Shown: piece after piece, positions 25,573-26,439 of the stretch | Layout of the letters: every line of letters begins with the position of its first letter | How positions within the stretch are numbered: position 1 is the first letter of the stretch | Origin: Planctomycetota bacterium | GTDB lineage: Bacteria; Planctomycetota; GCA-002687715; DRQF01 | Assembly: GCA_036479435.1 (NCBI GenBank) | Contig: JAZGFI010000175.1 | Span: 1-26,439 of the forward strand | Direction of reading: 5' to 3' | DNA length: 26,439 nt | Notes under the pieces: generated by a model | What the model was told of the DNA's origin: nothing | The model's input: only the letters and a program-made list of their open reading frames with translations | Database searches by the model: none | Program-made: the position numbers and the translations under genes

Positions 25573-26439
25573 ATGAAAACGACATTCTTCGGTCACGCAG
25601 TCCTTCGAGTCGATGCGCCGAGCGGTGCCAGTTTGATCACAGACCCTTGGTTTGACAAAAACGGCTGCTTTTTTCAGAGCTGGTTTCAGTTTCCAGAAAA
25701 CGCTCCCTTTGTCGAAGCGGCCTTCAACGGCGTCGACGACATATTGCTGTCTCACAATCACGCCGACCACTATGACCCCGTGACTCTTAAACGTTTCCTC
25801 GCGGAAAGTCCCACCCGGCGCCTGCACATCGCCCAATTTGGCACCGACTGGTTTGCGAAACGCGCCAAGAGGTTCCTTCCTGGTTTTGAAGACCGCATTG
25901 TCGTTCACGAACCATGGGAGAGGTTTAAGATCGGTGATGATCTCAGTGCCTACTTCGTGCCCGAAAGGTCACCCGGGCACATCGACTCCGCCATCGTCAT
26001 CGAATCGAAGCGCCAAACGATCCTCAACCTCAACGACGCCAGGCTCGACAGTGCCCAGTTGGCGCGCATTCGTGCCCGCAGCAAAGGCGTCAACATCGTG
26101 GCGCTTCAGGCATCTGGCGCTAGCGAATACCCTTTGAACTACCTTTACGACAGCGCCGACATGAAAGAGCGTTGCCACACCAAGCGCCGACTCAAATTCG
26201 AGGCCTGCACCAAAGTCCTCGAGCAAATAGAGCCGCACCGGGTTTTGTTCTTCGCTGGACCTCCGGTCTTCCTCGACCCTTCACTTGCGGAACTCAACAA
26301 ACGGTCCGACGAATCGGTCTTCCCCGATCAACTCGACGTGCTCAATCACTTCCAAAGCCACAATCCAAAGCTCGCCGAGAGCTGCTACTTCGCGCTCCCC
26401 GGTGAAGAGTTGGATGACACCGTACTATGGTCGTCAACT
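25573..26439 (+). CDS. MBL-fold metalloenzyme, NamH (UDP-MurNAc hydroxylase)/CMAH-like (3' end runs off the window; not in ORF track)
   Basis: Hand translation is open to the window end: MKTTFFGHAVLRV...ITDPWF...FFQSWFQFPEN...LSHNHADHYDP...DSAIV...LNLNDAR...LQASGASEYP..Y...FAGPPVFLDP.L..LN...VFPDQ...LPG. It has an HxHxDH metal site plus motifs I recall from mycobacterial NamH. Confidence 0.78.
   Translation, partial: MKTTFFGHAVLRVDAPSGASLITDPWFDKNGCFFQSWFQFPENAPFVEAAFNGVDDILLSHNHADHYDPVTLKRFLAESPTRRLHIAQFGTDWFAKRAKRFLPGFEDRIVVHEPWERFKIGDDLSAYFVPERSPGHIDSAIVIESKRQTILNLNDARLDSAQLARIRARSKGVNIVALQASGASEYPLNYLYDSADMKERCHTKRRLKFEACTKVLEQIEPHRVLFFAGPPVFLDPSLAELNKRSDESVFPDQLDVLNHFQSHNPKLAESCYFALPGEELDDTVLWSST

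Noticed and set aside
1..26439. CRISPR arrays, IS elements, prophage or defence systems
   Set aside because: I saw no spaced DNA repeats or transposase, integrase or phage genes. The kinase/PP2C genes lack the nuclease or ATPase partners expected of kinase-based defence loci.

Overview
A roughly 60% GC bacterial window whose gene content looks Planctomycetota-like (inference). It has about 17 CDSs and one tRNA-Leu(CAA); I saw no mobile elements or CRISPR. Headline: the two track ORFs at 2152-2505 and 2542-3435 are one gene. An in-frame UGA (2542-2544, minus strand) sits at the catalytic position of an iodothyronine-deiodinase motif (FGSYT-U-PPF) and is followed by a bSECIS-like hairpin. The predicted product is a 395-aa lipoprotein with EF-hands fused to a selenocysteine deiodinase-like domain. 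It lies in a minus-strand run with a LamG-metallophosphoesterase, an FHA-TM-serine protease, a 1616-aa receptor-like Ser/Thr kinase, and a DGPF / ECF42-like sigma / spermidine-synthase-like operon. A second minus-strand cluster (14.9-22.5 kb) encodes a phospho-signalling module: PP2C, degenerate FHA protein, membrane protein, non-RD kinase, ECF sigma, double zinc-finger protein and a PspA-like coiled coil. At the right end are a secreted EEP-family enzyme, a membrane protein and a truncated NamH/CMAH-like MBL-fold hydroxylase. The two edge genes are missing from the ORF track. All family calls rest on motifs recognised by eye; no searches were run.
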